Assembly (NCBI GenBank): GCA_964007735.1
Contig: CAXGAI010000007.1
Location: forward strand, 62,001-126,000
Origin: an uncultured Rhodopirellula sp.
GTDB taxonomy: Bacteria; Planctomycetota; Planctomycetia; Pirellulales; Pirellulaceae
Reading direction: 5' to 3'
Length of the DNA stretch: 64,000 bases
Every line of letters starts with the position of its first letter. Position 1 is the first letter of the stretch. Shown here piece after piece: positions 41,665 to 52,427 of this stretch. The notes beneath the pieces are model-generated. The model saw only the letters and a program-made list of their open reading frames with translations, did no database searches and was not told where the DNA came from. A program made the translations under genes and the position numbers.

Positions 41665-41919
41665 TTAAACCTCAAACGGTTTAACAGCAACTGCCTTACG
41701 AATTAATCCGCCACGGATGCACTGCGTGCAAACAAGCATGCGTTTGTTTGTCCCGTCTGATTGGGCTACGCGGATTCGTTGTAGGTTAGGCTTGAATTTA
41801 CGGCGCGTGATACCAGTGATTTTGGTACCAACACCACCTAAATACTTAGCTTTCCCCCGGGTTTCCACCGAATTACCGAATTGTGGGGCCTTACCGCAAA
41901 TTTCGCAAACTCGAGCCAT
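41665..41919 (-). CDS. rpmB: 50S ribosomal protein L28
   Basis: MARVCEICGK...RRKFKPNLQ...VCTQCIR. Confidence 0.95.
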   Translation of the reverse strand: MARVCEICGKAPQFGNSVETRGKAKYLGGVGTKITGITRRKFKPNLQRIRVAQSDGTNKRMLVCTQCIRGGLIRKAVAVKPFEV

Positions 41920-42284
41920 GAGTTGCAATCCTCTAAAAATGGTTTTGTCTATACGACCAAATCTTATACAAATCGAAAACGTAAGTATAACCGGATAACC
42001 AGTCTCTGCAACGGGTTGCTTTGCTCTGCGACCGCTGTTTGACGGTGATTTTTATCGACTTCAAATTCAAATCTTTACCCTTTCCAGTTGCCTACATACT
42101 CGCATCGAACATTTTCTGGGGATAAAATTGGGTGATGGCTGAGATTACTGATCGTTCCGTCAAATTTTGTGCGATTTTGTCCACAACAAAGATAGTCCTG
42201 CAATGGCTAGTGATTTGAGGCCCCCTTCCTTTACAAAGAAAGCTCTGTTGGATGTCCCAGTTTCAAAACCTGAGTTCACGAAAA

Positions 42285-43640
42285 ATGAAACTCAAACTAA
42301 TACTGTCTTTGGTGCTTATTTCGGTTGGAAGTCCGCTGGATGCTGCTGAACTTCTCACTTATTCCGGGCAAATGGTTGGCGAAAAGGGAGATCCTGCCGC
42401 TACGACAAAGCGATTTACGCTAGCTGCCGTACGTGACGGCCGTAACGAAGGTGGAATTCTGCATTGGATTGTTGTTGAAGATGGCCGCGGTGCGATTCCT
42501 TGGCCTCATAGTTATGGCTCCTCTCAATGGATGGACGGTAATGGAATCAATGTTCAGGCCGCAACCGCCTCTCGAAACAACCCTCAGTTACTTTACAAAA
42601 ATGAGGAATTAAAAGCCTATGTGGCCGTCACACTACCCCAACTTGCTGATGGTGGAAAACTTAATCAGGAGTCAATTTGGAAACAAGGTCCGGTGACCTA
42701 CCGCGTGACAGAACGACAATCCGTGGAAGGCCAACAGACTTGGCGCGTGCTGGGCTTTACGAATTTTGGTGTCAAACGTACGTTCTGGGTTAATGACGAG
42801 GGTTATATCGTGCGCCTGCGAGAAAATGTGACCATCGGACGAGGCGATAGATTTGATCTTGAATACGATTTGAAAAATGTCGAAAAACTGGACGAGGACA
42901 CTCGAGGAAAAGTTGTGACGGCCTTTGATGTCTTCAACAAATTTCGTACCAAAGTCGACATTGAGAAATTGGAGAAGGAAATTGTCTGGGATGATGAACA
43001 GTTAGAAGCATTTCGCGAAGACATTGATCGCTTAGTGTCTGTTTCGGCTGATACGCCGCTAAGTGCGGTAGCCCGCCTCGCCCAAACAGATCTAAAAGCG
43101 CAAAAGGGGCGTAGTGGCGGTGTGGCAACTCTGATGACTCGTGCGATTGGCAAAGTCGTGGAAGAGCCAGGGTTTGAGTTATATCGAGGTAGTGATTACT
43201 CAGAAGACGCTTTCACTGGTAATGTCACGGTCCTACATTTTTGGGAATATCGAAGTAGTCCTTTGGAACAACCTTATGGACAGGTGGGCTATCTGGATTT
43301 TCTTTATCGCAAATACAAGGATGAGGGTGTAAAGGTGGTAGGTGTTGTGTCCAATGCTTTGTTGGAAGATCCTGCCGAGCGTTCCCGAGTACGAGTTAAC
43401 GCCCGAAAGTTTGCCTCCTTTATGAATCTTGGTTTTCCAATTGTGGCTGATGTAAAAGGTTACATCGGAAAAATTGGTGACCCGCGAGGTGCCGGCGCAA
43501 AGTTGCCGTTGTTTATTGTGCTCGACCAGAAAGGTCGGATTGTGCACTATAAGGCAGGCTATTATGAAGTCGATCGTGATCTCGGGCTCAAGTCACTCGA
43601 CAGCGTCGTCAAAGAACTATTGGAAGCCGCATCGGAATAA
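42285..43640 (+). CDS. Exported protein with a C-terminal TlpA/redoxin-like fold lacking CxxC
   Basis: Signal peptide from ATG 42285; GNVTVLHFW..., GVKVVGV and LPLFIVLDQKGRIVHY thioredoxin-fold motifs; no Cys. Confidence 0.7.
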   Translation: MKLKLILSLVLISVGSPLDAAELLTYSGQMVGEKGDPAATTKRFTLAAVRDGRNEGGILHWIVVEDGRGAIPWPHSYGSSQWMDGNGINVQAATASRNNPQLLYKNEELKAYVAVTLPQLADGGKLNQESIWKQGPVTYRVTERQSVEGQQTWRVLGFTNFGVKRTFWVNDEGYIVRLRENVTIGRGDRFDLEYDLKNVEKLDEDTRGKVVTAFDVFNKFRTKVDIEKLEKEIVWDDEQLEAFREDIDRLVSVSADTPLSAVARLAQTDLKAQKGRSGGVATLMTRAIGKVVEEPGFELYRGSDYSEDAFTGNVTVLHFWEYRSSPLEQPYGQVGYLDFLYRKYKDEGVKVVGVVSNALLEDPAERSRVRVNARKFASFMNLGFPIVADVKGYIGKIGDPRGAGAKLPLFIVLDQKGRIVHYKAGYYEVDRDLGLKSLDSVVKELLEAASE

Positions 43641-43649
43641 GGTAGTCCC

Positions 43650-44483
43650 ATGAGTAAGCTTTCCAAGGAACGCCTTGATACTTTACTGGCCAGCGTGCCG
43701 GAGCAATTTTCCCTGCGGCTATTGGCGGCAGTGCGATATGCAGTGGAAGCCGGGCAGCAAACGCTTGAACGGTTTTGCCAGAATGATTTGCAGGTTGAAA
43801 AGAAAAATGATCGCTCTCCCGTTACTGAAGCAGATAAGAATGCGGAATTGCTTTTGCGCCAACGGATTCAGGAAGGCTTTCCCGAAGATTCGATTGTCGG
43901 AGAGGAATTCGATAACTTAGATGGGACGTCGGAGTATCGCTGGATTGTGGATCCGATCGATGGCACAAAATCATTTATTTGCGGAGTTCCGCTTTATGCA
44001 ACTCTGGTCGGTATCGAGTGTGATGGTGAGAGCAAGATCGGTGTGATCTTTATACCAGCGTTGGAGGAATTGATTTTCGCTGAAATCGGGGTTGGTGCCG
44101 GGTATGTGCAAGGCGACGGAGAATTCACTGTACCACGGGTTTCGACGACGATGAGTCTGGCCGAAAGCTGTTTTGTGACTTCGCAGGTAAGCACTTATGA
44201 CGAAGTGAATCGGGGACCACAATATCGGGCATTAGAAAAGCAAGCCTACATCACCAGAACCTGGGGCGATGCCTACGGATATTTGTTGGTTGCAACAGGA
44301 AGAGCTGAGGTTATGGTGGATCCGATAATGAATCTTTGGGACGCGGCAGCTATTCTTCCTGTGATGGTCGAAGCGGGTGGAACGTTTACCGACTGGAACG
44401 GGAATGCCACAATTCATGGTGGAGAAGGCATCGGAACGAATACAGCAGTACTCCAGGAAGTGTTGACCACGATCAAAGCTTAG
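43650..44483 (+). CDS. hisN: Histidinol-phosphatase, inositol monophosphatase family
   Basis: SPVTEAD, GEE, WIVDPIDGTKSF, RTWGDAYGY and WDAAA. Confidence 0.82.
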   Translation: MSKLSKERLDTLLASVPEQFSLRLLAAVRYAVEAGQQTLERFCQNDLQVEKKNDRSPVTEADKNAELLLRQRIQEGFPEDSIVGEEFDNLDGTSEYRWIVDPIDGTKSFICGVPLYATLVGIECDGESKIGVIFIPALEELIFAEIGVGAGYVQGDGEFTVPRVSTTMSLAESCFVTSQVSTYDEVNRGPQYRALEKQAYITRTWGDAYGYLLVATGRAEVMVDPIMNLWDAAAILPVMVEAGGTFTDWNGNATIHGGEGIGTNTAVLQEVLTTIKA

Positions 44484-44506
44484 AACTCAAATAGCTCTTT
44501 CTGAGC

Positions 44507-45151
44507 TCAGGTAGTTTGGGAGTTTTGATTTTCGACAACGGCTGCCGAGTTGACCGATGGTATTTCCTTTTCTTTACCTGCACTATCTGGATCTTCGTAT
44601 TTAAACGAATAAATCAGCAGCAGAAACGCCCCGCAAACTAGCAGGCAGTCTGCAAGGTTGAAATTAGGCCAAACATAATCCTGGTAAGTAAAGAGAATGA
44701 AGTCGCGCACACCGTAAGCATAATCAGGGTGGATCTCTTCCCCGTGCCACCAGCCCATCCGGTCGTAGAAGTTACCAATCACTCCGCCGGTAATGCATCC
44801 TAGGCAAATAGTAAGAAACAGACTGTTCCAGGCTCCTCCACGGATGAACCAAAATAGGATGGCGATGAATGCGATGACAGAGAAGAGAGCAAAGATACTA
44901 CTACCGCCCTGCCCCATGCCAAACAATGCGCCTTGATTGACCGCAGTTTGAAATCCGAAGAAGCCTTCAATGACCCACCAATTGACGCCGATTTCCTCGT
45001 GAGGCAGCCCCAGTTCAGTAAACATGTAGGACTTGGTCCACAGGTCCGCGAGCAAACCACTAATACCAATAGTGAGAAAGAGTATAAGGCGTCCTGCCAG
45101 AGTCGGAGCTGTATTATTTGGTTTGGAATTCAGCTCGTTTTGGTCATCCAT
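44507..45151 (-). CDS. lspA: Lipoprotein signal peptidase II
   Basis: DLWTK, NQGALFG, GNFYDR, VRDFI and WPNFNLAD. Confidence 0.93.
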   Translation of the reverse strand: MDDQNELNSKPNNTAPTLAGRLILFLTIGISGLLADLWTKSYMFTELGLPHEEIGVNWWVIEGFFGFQTAVNQGALFGMGQGGSSIFALFSVIAFIAILFWFIRGGAWNSLFLTICLGCITGGVIGNFYDRMGWWHGEEIHPDYAYGVRDFILFTYQDYVWPNFNLADCLLVCGAFLLLIYSFKYEDPDSAGKEKEIPSVNSAAVVENQNSQTT

Positions 45152-45162
45152 GCGCTGTCAGT

Positions 45163-45552
45163 TTAACCACCTCGCTGGACTTCGTCAGCACATCTTACAC
45201 AAAGTGCGGTATATGGAATCGCGTTTAATCGCATTTTAGGTATCTTCGAACCACATTGCTCACAGGCACCGTAGGAACCTTCTTCAATCCGGGTTAATGC
45301 ACCTTCAATCTGTTCGAGTACTTCCGCTTCATTGGCCATCAGTGATAAGGAGAAGTCCTGCTCATACTGATCGGATCCCATGTCTGCCATGTGATTGGAA
45401 AGGGTGGAGCCACTACCGGCTGCAGGGTTCTTATTTAGTGCAGCATCTGCAAGTCCACTAACATCACCGCGTAGTCGTGCGCGCAGTGTTGTAAGCAGTT
45501 CTTTGAACGGCTTCGATTCCCGTTTTGTCATTGCATTCTTTATTTTTGCCAT
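45163..45552 (-). CDS. DksA/TraR family C4 zinc-finger protein
   Basis: Coiled coil with HMADMGSD tip; YGACEQCG...RLNAIPYTALCVRC. Confidence 0.9.
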   Translation of the reverse strand: MAKIKNAMTKRESKPFKELLTTLRARLRGDVSGLADAALNKNPAAGSGSTLSNHMADMGSDQYEQDFSLSLMANEAEVLEQIEGALTRIEEGSYGACEQCGSKIPKMRLNAIPYTALCVRCADEVQRGG

Positions 45553-45886
45553 TTTCTCTTGTAGTGTGTGATATGGTTTGGGGCGAAAACAACAGTCTGA
45601 TCAAGATCTCATTGTCGCCAACTGTAAATTTGACTCTTTCAAAAAGAAAATTGTAGGAATGCGAACTGCACCTGTCAACTTTCCCGACAGCAGGATTAGG
45701 ATAACTAATGCTGGGGTTTACTAATTGCTTCTTTGTAAATAGCGGTTGATGATTCCACTTCCTCATTTTAGACTTGATTTTTAGGTATTTGAGATAGATC
45801 TTAGGTTGTTTTGGCCAAGTTTACCACAATCATTACGCCTGAGTTTTTTAGAGACAATCAGAAATTGGAAAAGTTGGATTGCCTTC

Positions 45887-47287
45887 GTGATTTTTAGAGA
45901 CGCAGCTTATCAGCAATGTATTCATCCGGACTGTGGACAACAGTTTGACATTGCACAGGTTCTCACAGCCTGTCCAAGCTGTGGAAGTTTGCTAGATGTT
46001 AAATACGACTGGGATACTGCTGGTACTCCGACTGAATGGTCATACTATCAGGACAAATGGGCACGTAAGTCTGACCCTTTAAACTTCAGTGGCATTTGGC
46101 GTTTTCACGAGCTTTTACCATTTGCCAAACCCGAGCATGTTGTGACTGTGGGCGAAGGCCAGACTCTGCTACAGCGTGCTGATTTCGTCTCAAAATATGT
46201 TGGTGTGGATTCGGGAAATCTGTTCCTGCAATACGAAGGTATGAATCCCTCTGGGAGCTTTAAAGACAATGGTATGTCTGCGGCATTTACTCATGCTCAT
46301 AGTGTCGGCGCCAAACGAGCTGCCTGTGCATCTACGGGAAACACTTCCGCTTCCCTGGCAATGTATTGTGCTGTAAGCCAACTCATGAAAGCGGTTATTT
46401 TTATTGGTTCAGGAAAAATCGCTTATGGAAAACTTTCTCAGGCGCTAGAATACGGTGCTTTGACGGTGCAAATCACCGGAGACTTTGATGATGCGATGCA
46501 ACGTGTCCAGGAAGTTTCTAAAGAACTAGGTATTTATCTTGTCAACAGTATTAATCCTTTTCGCCTCGAAGGTCAAAAGTCGATCATGTACCGGGTCTTG
46601 GAAGGACTGGGTTGGGAAGTGCCTGATTGGATCGTTGTTCCAGGTGGAAATCTTGGAAATTCGAGTTCTTTCGGGAAAGCATTTATTGAACTGAAAGAAC
46701 TTGGATTAATAGATCACGTGCCACGTCTGGCAATTATTAATGCTGCTGGAGCTGACACGTTGTATGAGTTGTATGAGAACCGCGGCGTCCGGTGGAATGA
46801 TGGGCATATTGATCGTTCGGCTTTGCAAACGTACTACGAAGAACTGGATGCATCTAACAAGAAAGCATCAACCATTGCTAGTGCGATCGAAATTAATCGT
46901 CCTGTGAACTTTGCTAAGTGCCTGAGAGCGTTGGATTTTTGTAATGGTGTTGTTCGTAAGACAACAGACCAGCAAGTGCTGGATGCTAAAGCCAAGGTCG
47001 GCTCGGGTGGAATTGGGTGTGAACCCGCCAGTGCTGCTAGTGTTGCCGGTGCTAAGCTGTTGCGTGAGCAGGGAGTGATCGCGCCGAGTGATCGTGTTGT
47101 TTGTATTCTGACCGGTCATCAACTAAAAGATCCAACCGCGACAGTTGCCTACCATACAACTGACCAGGACAAGTTTAATGAAGTGTTGGGAGTACGAGGG
47201 GTTAGCCGTGCTAATTTCGCTAATCGCGCTGTCGCCGTTCCCAATAGCTTGGAAGAGATTATTAAAGCAATCAAACTCTATGGTTAG
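45887..47287 (+). CDS. thrC: Threonine synthase
   Basis: N-terminal Zn ribbon; [29 protein letters not shown] and EPASAAS; start probably GTG 45887. Confidence 0.93.
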   Translation: MIFRDAAYQQCIHPDCGQQFDIAQVLTACPSCGSLLDVKYDWDTAGTPTEWSYYQDKWARKSDPLNFSGIWRFHELLPFAKPEHVVTVGEGQTLLQRADFVSKYVGVDSGNLFLQYEGMNPSGSFKDNGMSAAFTHAHSVGAKRAACASTGNTSASLAMYCAVSQLMKAVIFIGSGKIAYGKLSQALEYGALTVQITGDFDDAMQRVQEVSKELGIYLVNSINPFRLEGQKSIMYRVLEGLGWEVPDWIVVPGGNLGNSSSFGKAFIELKELGLIDHVPRLAIINAAGADTLYELYENRGVRWNDGHIDRSALQTYYEELDASNKKASTIASAIEINRPVNFAKCLRALDFCNGVVRKTTDQQVLDAKAKVGSGGIGCEPASAASVAGAKLLREQGVIAPSDRVVCILTGHQLKDPTATVAYHTTDQDKFNEVLGVRGVSRANFANRAVAVPNSLEEIIKAIKLYG

Positions 47288-47352
47288 AGCCTTTAGCTCT
47301 TTCATAGAATAGTGTTGAGCGTTGCTTTCTTTGTAATAAGGAATAGTGAGAA

Positions 47353-48144
47353 ATGATTGGAATCGCAATTCATGGTGCTGCCGGACGTATGGGCCAACGG
47401 TTGATTGCTTTGGGAAGTCAGGACGAAGAAGTCAAGCTGACTGCAGCGATTGAGTCATCAAGCCATCCAAAAGTTGGTCAGGATGCCGGTCTTGTAGCAG
47501 GTATCGGTGAACTCGGGTTGTCTTTTAGCCCTGAATGGGGCGATGGTACTGAGGCTGTTATCGACTTCTCGGTACCTGCCGGCGCTGAAGCTATTACTCG
47601 GATATGCTTAGAAAGAAAAACACCATTGGTGATTGCTACCACCGGCCTCAGCGATGCTCAGAAAGGTCTTATTGAACATGCCTCTCGTGAAATACCAGTT
47701 GTGTGGGCGCCAAGTATGAGCACCATGGTAAACCTAACCATGAAACTGGCGACAACCGCCGCTGAAGTTTTGAAGGACTATCCCGGTGGCACGGATGTTG
47801 AGATTTTGGAACGTCATCACCGTTTCAAGGAAGATTCACCAAGTGGAACGGCATTGCGTTTTGGGAGTCTAATTTCTAATGCGATGGGTATTGCCAACGA
47901 AGTACACGGTCGTGAAGGACAAATCGGTGTTCGTCCTCGAAACGAACTTGCCTATCATGCAATCCGCACAGGCGATAATCCGGGTGAACATACGATTGTT
48001 TTTGGCGTGCTTGGGGAAACGATTGAACTGACGGTGAAAGCCAGCAATCGCGATTGCTATGCATCGGGAGCGATTACGGCAGCCAAGTTTGTCGCCAAGC
48101 AACAGCCCGGCCTCTATAACATGTACGACGTATTGGGTTTGTAA
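47353..48144 (+). CDS. dapB: 4-hydroxy-tetrahydrodipicolinate reductase
   Basis: GAAGRMG, VIDFS, ATTG and ERHHRFKEDSPSGTA. Confidence 0.96.
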   Translation: MIGIAIHGAAGRMGQRLIALGSQDEEVKLTAAIESSSHPKVGQDAGLVAGIGELGLSFSPEWGDGTEAVIDFSVPAGAEAITRICLERKTPLVIATTGLSDAQKGLIEHASREIPVVWAPSMSTMVNLTMKLATTAAEVLKDYPGGTDVEILERHHRFKEDSPSGTALRFGSLISNAMGIANEVHGREGQIGVRPRNELAYHAIRTGDNPGEHTIVFGVLGETIELTVKASNRDCYASGAITAAKFVAKQQPGLYNMYDVLGL

Positions 48145-48485
48145 TGGCCAAGTGTGATGAAGGCTATCTATGTCAGGTTTGTGGCCACGAAGTAGAAAAT
48201 ATCGTGGAAAGTGATCTATACCTCCGCTATATTCTTGGCCTGGTTGACCCTGAAGTTCTGCATATTGCTCCGGAACGTCACCTTAGATGTAACCCCGCTT
48301 TTGCCCAATACATCGTTCACTCGGAATTTCCACCGCTCGAAGTAGAGGGAGACTTTGATAAACGGAATTTGGATGCTCAGTTTGTCGCAATGCGGGAAGA
48401 AGAAGTGACACGCGGGTTCGAACGTTTGCTTGAAGTCGCTCAGGCAGACATCTCGATTTTGCAATACCCCCGCGACATCGATTAG
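48144..48485 (+). CDS. Small hypothetical Cys/His-containing protein
   Basis: TAATG coupling to dapB; CxxxxxCxxC and HxxC motifs. Confidence 0.75.
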   Translation: MAKCDEGYLCQVCGHEVENIVESDLYLRYILGLVDPEVLHIAPERHLRCNPAFAQYIVHSEFPPLEVEGDFDKRNLDAQFVAMREEEVTRGFERLLEVAQADISILQYPRDID

Positions 48486-48608
48486 CTGTTAATCGGTGCT
48501 TGATCTCGACCAGATTGATGCCAGTCTTCTTAGCCATCGTACGGATATTTTCTGTAAACGCCAGGTAACTACGATTCGTTCAGACATATACGCTGAAGGT
48601 ATCGCTTT

Positions 48609-51600
48609 TTAGTAGCCCAAGATGGGAGCTAGCCAGCGTTCCATTTCCTGAATGCTCATCCCTTTACGTTGGGCATAGCTTTCCACCTGATCACGGGTAA
48701 TTCGGTCTACCGCAAAATATCGAGCTTCCGGGTGAGCGAAATATAGACCACTGACACTGGCCGCCGGCATCATGGCATAGCTATCGGTCAGCTTGATACC
48801 TGTATTGGCTTCGACATCCAGAAGATTCCAAATCGTATTCTTCTCGGTATGGTCAGGTTGAGCTGGGTAGCCGGGGGCAGGCCGGATACCGCGATAAGAC
48901 TCTGCGATCAATTCATTTTTCGTCAGTGTTTCATTAGCACCATACCCCCACTGAGTACGGACTTTTTGATGTAAGTACTCAGCAAATGCTTCGGCTAATC
49001 GGTCTGCCAGTGCTTTCACCATGATTGAATTGTAATCGTCAGATTGAGCGTCAAATTCCATAGCAAGCTCTGAACAGCCAAATCCCGTTGTCACAGCAAA
49101 GGCGCCAACATAGTCAGTTCGTCCCGAATCATGGGGAGCAATGTAATCTGCGAGCGAACGAAAATAAGCTTGTCCCTTACGTTCTGTTTGTTGCCGTAGA
49201 GCGTGTAAGCGAGCTAATTCTTTTTGGCGAGCGTCATTCTGAAACAAGAGAATATCGTCGTTGATTGAATGGGCGGGCCAAAATCCATAAACAGCTTTCG
49301 CCTGAAACAAGTCTTCATCCACGATGCGTTGCAGGAGTATCTGTGCATTTTCAAATAATTCTTTAGCAGGCTCGCCTAAGGTAGGATGGTCAAAAATACG
49401 TGGGTACTTTCCTTTTAACTCCCAGGTCATGAAGAATGGCGTCCAGTCGATGTAATCCACCAGTTCTCGCAAAGACTGTTTCTCGATAACACGTGTGCCC
49501 GTGAATTCAGGGGTTTGAATGTCAATGTCCGCCCAGTTGGTTGTAAATCTCTTTTTCAAAGCGTCCAGATAGCTAACGGTGTTTACTTGTCTGTTTTCAA
49601 AAGCTTTTACCAATGCCGTTTGCTTTTCACGATTGCTAGCAGCAAACGAATCCTTATTATCATTTAGTAATGATTCGACAACACCCACGCTGCGAGAGGC
49701 ATCTAAAACATGAATGACAGGTTCGTGATACTGTGGTGCAATCTTCACAGCGGTGTGTTTGGCACTGGTCGTCGCTCCTCCAATCAGCAGGGGGATTTGC
49801 ATGTCGAGCCGGGTCATCTCTTTAGCGACGTGAACCATTTCGTCCAGACTTGGAGTGATCAGGCCTGAAAGACCGATGATGTCTACTTGTTCTTTGGCTG
49901 CAACTTCCAGAATTTTTTCGCTGGAGACCATTACACCGAGGTCAATGATCTCGAAGTTATTACATCCGAGTACAACTCCGACAATGTTTTTGCCGATGTC
50001 ATGAACATCACCTTTGACCGTTGCCATAAGTACTTTTCCTCGACTGGAGTTTTCCCCCAGTCCAGCGGCTTTCTTCTCTTCTTCCATAAAGGGAAGCAGG
50101 TAGTTGACTGCTTTTTTCATAACCCGCGCTGATTTGACTACCTGAGGTAGAAACATTTTTCCTGCACCGAAGAGGTCGCCGACGATACTCATGCCATCCA
50201 TCAGGGGCCCTTCAATGACTTGCAACGCTCGCTCGGTTGTTTGGCGATACTCCTCCACGTCCTGTTCGATGAATTTATCGATTCCTTTGACCATTGAATG
50301 GCTCAGCCGTTTCTCTACGGCAGTTTCTCGCCATGTTAGATCTTCTTCGACTCTCTTTCCGCCTTTTCCTTTTACGGTTTCGGCAAGGGCTAGCAGGCGG
50401 TCGGTAGCATCTTTCCGACGATTTAAGAGGACGTCTTCAACATGCTCCAGTAAAACGGCGGGAATTTCCTCATAGATTTCTAGCTGTCCGGCATTCACAA
50501 TTCCCATATCAAGTCCGGCTTTAATAGCATGGTAGAGGAATGCAGAGTGCATTGCTTCACGAACGACATCGTTACCTCTGAAAGAGAACGAAATATTACT
50601 GACTCCACCGGACACCTTCGCTCCGGGGCAAACACGCTTTATCTCGCGAGTCGCTTCAATGAAGTCCACGGCATAATTGTCATGTTCTTCAATCCCAGTT
50701 GCGACGGTTAGAATGTTAGGGTCAAAGATAATGTCAGTAGGTGGGAAGCCAACGTCACCCGTTAACAGGTTATAGGCTCGCTTGCATATCCGTACTTTGT
50801 CTTCGGCTTTTACCGCTTGCCCTTCTTCGTCAAACGCCATGACGACAGTCGCTGCGCCGTATTCTCGGATCAGTTGGGCACGCCTTAAGAATTCTTCCTC
50901 ACCATCCTTAAGACTGATGGAGTTGACGATAGCCTTACCCTGAACACATCGCAGACCAGCCTCGATGATCGACCATTTTGAACTGTCAAGCATTACCGGA
51001 ACCTTAGCAATATCCGGTTCGGCCGCGATAAGGTTTAGATAACGAGTCATGGCGGCTTCGCCGTCTAGCAATGCATCGTCCATATTGATGTCGATAACCG
51101 CGGCACCGCCAATTACCTGTTGGCGTGCAACTTCAACGGCTTCTTCGTATTGGTCATTCCGAATAAGGCGTGCAAACCGTCGTGAACCTGTTACGTTGGT
51201 TCGTTCCCCGATCATTAGAAAGTTCGAGTCATCACGTAATGTTAGAGGTTCTTGTCCACTCAGACGCATGAAAGGTTCTACTGTGGGAACCTGTCGTGGT
51301 GTCGTGTTCGCCGCGACCTGAGCAATCGCAGCGATGTAGTCCGGAGTCGTGCCACAGCATCCGCCGAGAATATTCACCCACTGGTTTGAAAGAAAATCTT
51401 GTAAAAGTCCAGCCATCTCGTCCGGAGTTTGATCAAAACTTCCAAATTCATTAGGTAAGCCGGCATTGGGGTGGCAACTGATGTAGGTGGGAGCAATACG
51501 GGAAAGCTCCTCGATGTAGGGCCTCATCTTTTCCACACCGAGTGCACAATTGATTCCGACACTTAATAAATCGAAATGGGAAATACTGTTCCAGAATGCT

Positions 51601-52289
51601 TCGATGGTTTGCCCCGTCAGAGTTCGTCCGGCTTCATCGGTAATCGTCACCGATATCATCACAGGTAGATTGATATTGTGATCATTAAAGTACTTTTTAA
51701 TAGCGAATAGGCATGCCTTTAGATTGAGAGTGTCGAAGGTGGTTTCTGGAAATAGAATATCAACTCCCCCGTCGACTAACGCTGCAACCTGAGCATAGTA
51801 AGAGTCAACATGTTGAAGGAATGTGACTTCCCGAAACCCCGGATCTTCAACCTTTGGTGAGATGGAGCAGGTTTTAGTCGTGGGGCCAATCGCTCCTGCC
51901 ACAAAGCGAGGTTTGCTGGGATTCTCTTTGGTGAATTCGTCACATGCCCGGCGAGCTGCCTGCACTGCAGCCACGTTGAGCTCATGCACCAAATCTGGTA
52001 AATCAAACTCAGCTAAGCCAATCGGGCTCGCACCAAAGGTATTGGTTTCAACTATGTCAGCACCGGCTGCTAAAAACTTGCGATGAATATCGGTCAGCGT
52101 ATCCGGGTGTGTTAGAGAGATTAGGTCAACAAAGTTTTTAACGTCTTTGTGGTGATTGGCAAATTGTTCACCACGAATCGTTTTTTCATCAAATCCCAAA
52201 GAGAAGACCGTTGTTCCCATCGCACCATCAAGAATCATCACGCGCTGGCGCATAATGTCTTTTAGCTCTGCTGTTCTGTCAGTAGTCAC
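48609..52289 (-). CDS. metH: B12-dependent methionine synthase
   Basis: [32 protein letters not shown] and RPAPGYP. Confidence 0.98.
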   Translation of the reverse strand: MTTDRTAELKDIMRQRVMILDGAMGTTVFSLGFDEKTIRGEQFANHHKDVKNFVDLISLTHPDTLTDIHRKFLAAGADIVETNTFGASPIGLAEFDLPDLVHELNVAAVQAARRACDEFTKENPSKPRFVAGAIGPTTKTCSISPKVEDPGFREVTFLQHVDSYYAQVAALVDGGVDILFPETTFDTLNLKACLFAIKKYFNDHNINLPVMISVTITDEAGRTLTGQTIEAFWNSISHFDLLSVGINCALGVEKMRPYIEELSRIAPTYISCHPNAGLPNEFGSFDQTPDEMAGLLQDFLSNQWVNILGGCCGTTPDYIAAIAQVAANTTPRQVPTVEPFMRLSGQEPLTLRDDSNFLMIGERTNVTGSRRFARLIRNDQYEEAVEVARQQVIGGAAVIDINMDDALLDGEAAMTRYLNLIAAEPDIAKVPVMLDSSKWSIIEAGLRCVQGKAIVNSISLKDGEEEFLRRAQLIREYGAATVVMAFDEEGQAVKAEDKVRICKRAYNLLTGDVGFPPTDIIFDPNILTVATGIEEHDNYAVDFIEATREIKRVCPGAKVSGGVSNISFSFRGNDVVREAMHSAFLYHAIKAGLDMGIVNAGQLEIYEEIPAVLLEHVEDVLLNRRKDATDRLLALAETVKGKGGKRVEEDLTWRETAVEKRLSHSMVKGIDKFIEQDVEEYRQTTERALQVIEGPLMDGMSIVGDLFGAGKMFLPQVVKSARVMKKAVNYLLPFMEEEKKAAGLGENSSRGKVLMATVKGDVHDIGKNIVGVVLGCNNFEIIDLGVMVSSEKILEVAAKEQVDIIGLSGLITPSLDEMVHVAKEMTRLDMQIPLLIGGATTSAKHTAVKIAPQYHEPVIHVLDASRSVGVVESLLNDNKDSFAASNREKQTALVKAFENRQVNTVSYLDALKKRFTTNWADIDIQTPEFTGTRVIEKQSLRELVDYIDWTPFFMTWELKGKYPRIFDHPTLGEPAKELFENAQILLQRIVDEDLFQAKAVYGFWPAHSINDDILLFQNDARQKELARLHALRQQTERKGQAYFRSLADYIAPHDSGRTDYVGAFAVTTGFGCSELAMEFDAQSDDYNSIMVKALADRLAEAFAEYLHQKVRTQWGYGANETLTKNELIAESYRGIRPAPGYPAQPDHTEKNTIWNLLDVEANTGIKLTDSYAMMPAASVSGLYFAHPEARYFAVDRITRDQVESYAQRKGMSIQEMERWLAPILGY

Positions 52290-52427
52290 GATGGATGTTG
52301 GCTCCGAGGGCAGGATGTCTCTATTGTGGGTAATTAACCATTATTGCCTATCCGCCAAAACTAACAACTACGTTCTTAAGACGCATTTGCGGATTTGAAC
52401 TCATGGTTGGGAGAGATGAGTTTAGAT

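Noticed and set aside
42177..42185. DnaA-box-like TTGTCCACA
   Set aside because: A single mismatched box with no cluster or dnaA nearby; not an origin
45845..45901. 11-bp direct repeat TTTTTAGAGAC around the thrC start
   Set aside because: Two AT-rich copies, one inside the coding sequence; plausible by chance
52290..52427. SAM or cobalamin riboswitch upstream of metH
   Set aside because: No recognisable SAM-I or B12-box consensus in the short spacer
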